From: a virus
Lineage: Duplodnaviria; Caudoviricetes
Length of the DNA: 36,442 bases
Strand: one strand, 5' to 3'
Virus record (IMG/VR): IMGVR_UViG_3300044847_000019
Span: 1 to 36,442 of that record
Below are positions 35,341 to 36,442 of this stretch, piece after piece. The notes beneath the pieces are model-generated. The model saw only the letters and a list, made by a program, of their open reading frames with translations. It was not told where the DNA came from and did not search any database. The position numbers were made by a program, and so were the translations under genes. The first letter of the stretch is position 1. Each line of letters begins with the position of its first letter.

Positions 35341-35733
35341 ATGCCTCGCTACCTTGCAATCTTCAACACTTCTGACAATCCTAACGGATTGCCTTCACGC
35401 ACAATCATCGAAGCTACTGATCCTGAGCACGCTCGTTACTGGTTGGATGGTGCATATGATCTAATCGTATCTGTAGAGATTCGTCCTCTGCAACCATCCG
35501 ATTATCTTGCCATTCGTTTCTGGGGCAAGATGTTTGGAAGTTATGAATACTACATTCAACAAGAACAAGAACGGGCATTTGCTGACAAGGCAACACTCGA
35601 TGCAACTGCTATCAAGTGGGAACTTCGTCGCGTTGGTGAAGATTCTTCTTGGTATCACATCTCCACCACCAAGAATCCGGATATAGCACCAGCGTATAAT
35701 GATTTTCTGAAGGAGTGTGGTTATGCCTCTTGA
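35341..35733 (+). CDS. Early hypothetical protein
   Basis: ATG 35341 behind AAGGAG. Confidence 0.7.
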   Translation: MPRYLAIFNTSDNPNGLPSRTIIEATDPEHARYWLDGAYDLIVSVEIRPLQPSDYLAIRFWGKMFGSYEYYIQQEQERAFADKATLDATAIKWELRRVGEDSSWYHISTTKNPDIAPAYNDFLKECGYAS

Positions 35734-36064
35734 TCCACACCCCACGCGCGACTTCCAAACAGAAGAACGCTTCACACTTCCTGAAGGAAAGAAATACTTC
35801 ACACGCGAAGATATGGAGAAACTCCGTACGCGCGAAACACGCAAGGATTCTGCCATTCGTGCAATCAATAATTATTTCCAATCCTGCAGACAACTAAGAA
35901 CACTTGAGCATCTGACAATTGATGCTCTTGTGCAACACTGTTTCAATCTTGTAGCTGTTGCCAGTTATGTGGATGAAGAACATGAACTGGAAGTGCAGCA
36001 TCGTCGCAACATCAAGAACCACATTTCCATGAAGATCAAGGAGTACATTGATGGCAAACTCTGA
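35723..36064 (+). CDS. Early hypothetical protein
   Basis: ATG 35723 behind AAGGAG. Confidence 0.7.
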   Translation: MPLDPHPTRDFQTEERFTLPEGKKYFTREDMEKLRTRETRKDSAIRAINNYFQSCRQLRTLEHLTIDALVQHCFNLVAVASYVDEEHELEVQHRRNIKNHISMKIKEYIDGKL

Positions 36065-36305
36065 GCAATCGCTGCAAGCGAGTGAAGGCCCCAAGCATCA
36101 CAGATACCAACTCTGCACATACAGATGTTTTGGTGATAAAACACCACGTTATGGGCTTGCAAAGATGAAACATTCATTTGCATTGTACGATGTGGAATTC
36201 ATCCTTGATTGCGAAACTGGAGAGAAAATTGCGTACAATGCAATGGACGCATATGAATTAATTGCAGGTCCGATGGCATACATCAGCACTAAGTACCCTG
36301 ATTAA
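36051..36305 (+). CDS. Early hypothetical protein
   Basis: ATG 36051 behind AAGGAG. Confidence 0.65.
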   Translation: MANSEQSLQASEGPKHHRYQLCTYRCFGDKTPRYGLAKMKHSFALYDVEFILDCETGEKIAYNAMDAYELIAGPMAYISTKYPD

Positions 36306-36315
36306 CCAACCAATC

Positions 36316-36442
36316 ATGAACGAACCAAAAACCGAATCAACTAAATTGGAGCTTCCATCGCTAGAAGCCCAATTGGAAGAACGAGAAAGAGCAATTGCTT
36401 TACTCTCCTTTCTTCCTGAAACAAAATCGTTGACACTGTATT
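36316..36442 (+). CDS. Early hypothetical protein, 3' truncated
   Basis: ATG 36316 open to the window end (MNEPKTESTKLELPSLEAQLEERE...); no clear SD. Confidence 0.45.
   Translation, partial: MNEPKTESTKLELPSLEAQLEERERAIALLSFLPETKSLTLY

Noticed and set aside
1-36442. Stop-codon reassignment, introns, inteins, DGR or integrase
   Set aside because: Genes tile densely under the standard code, PolA and TerL are uninterrupted and of normal size, and no reverse transcriptase, repeat pair or recombinase motifs were seen.

Overview
Most of the genome of a tailed dsDNA phage, probably a podovirus (short-tail adaptor/nozzle plus three large ejection-type proteins; no tail tube or sheath genes) with a likely proteobacterial host (boxA consensus, DDDIPF SSB-type tail, sigma70-like promoters). 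The + strand at 1-7349 holds the replication module: AAA_24-type ATPase, DUF3310 protein, putative SSB, a small protein ending in an SSB-tail mimic, a family A DNA polymerase with a degenerate UDG-like N-terminus, a DUF3987 P-loop ATPase and a MazG-like pyrophosphatase. It converges at a bidirectional terminator (~7350-7378) with a ~25 kb minus-strand late module: TerS, TerL, portal, scaffold, decoration protein, major capsid, adaptor, sialidase-type tailspike, nozzle, fiber, endolysin, holin and three internal virion proteins. An ~800 bp divergent non-coding region (33487-34286) separates one minus-strand orphan gene from small + strand early genes. That region holds the most unusual signal: a ~300 bp imperfect palindrome centred near 33883 with inverted 9-bp-period GTGT repeat arrays, flanked by mirror-image leaders, one with a perfect boxA. 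No integrase, RNA polymerase, tRNA or CRISPR array was seen. All family assignments come from motif recognition, not database searches.
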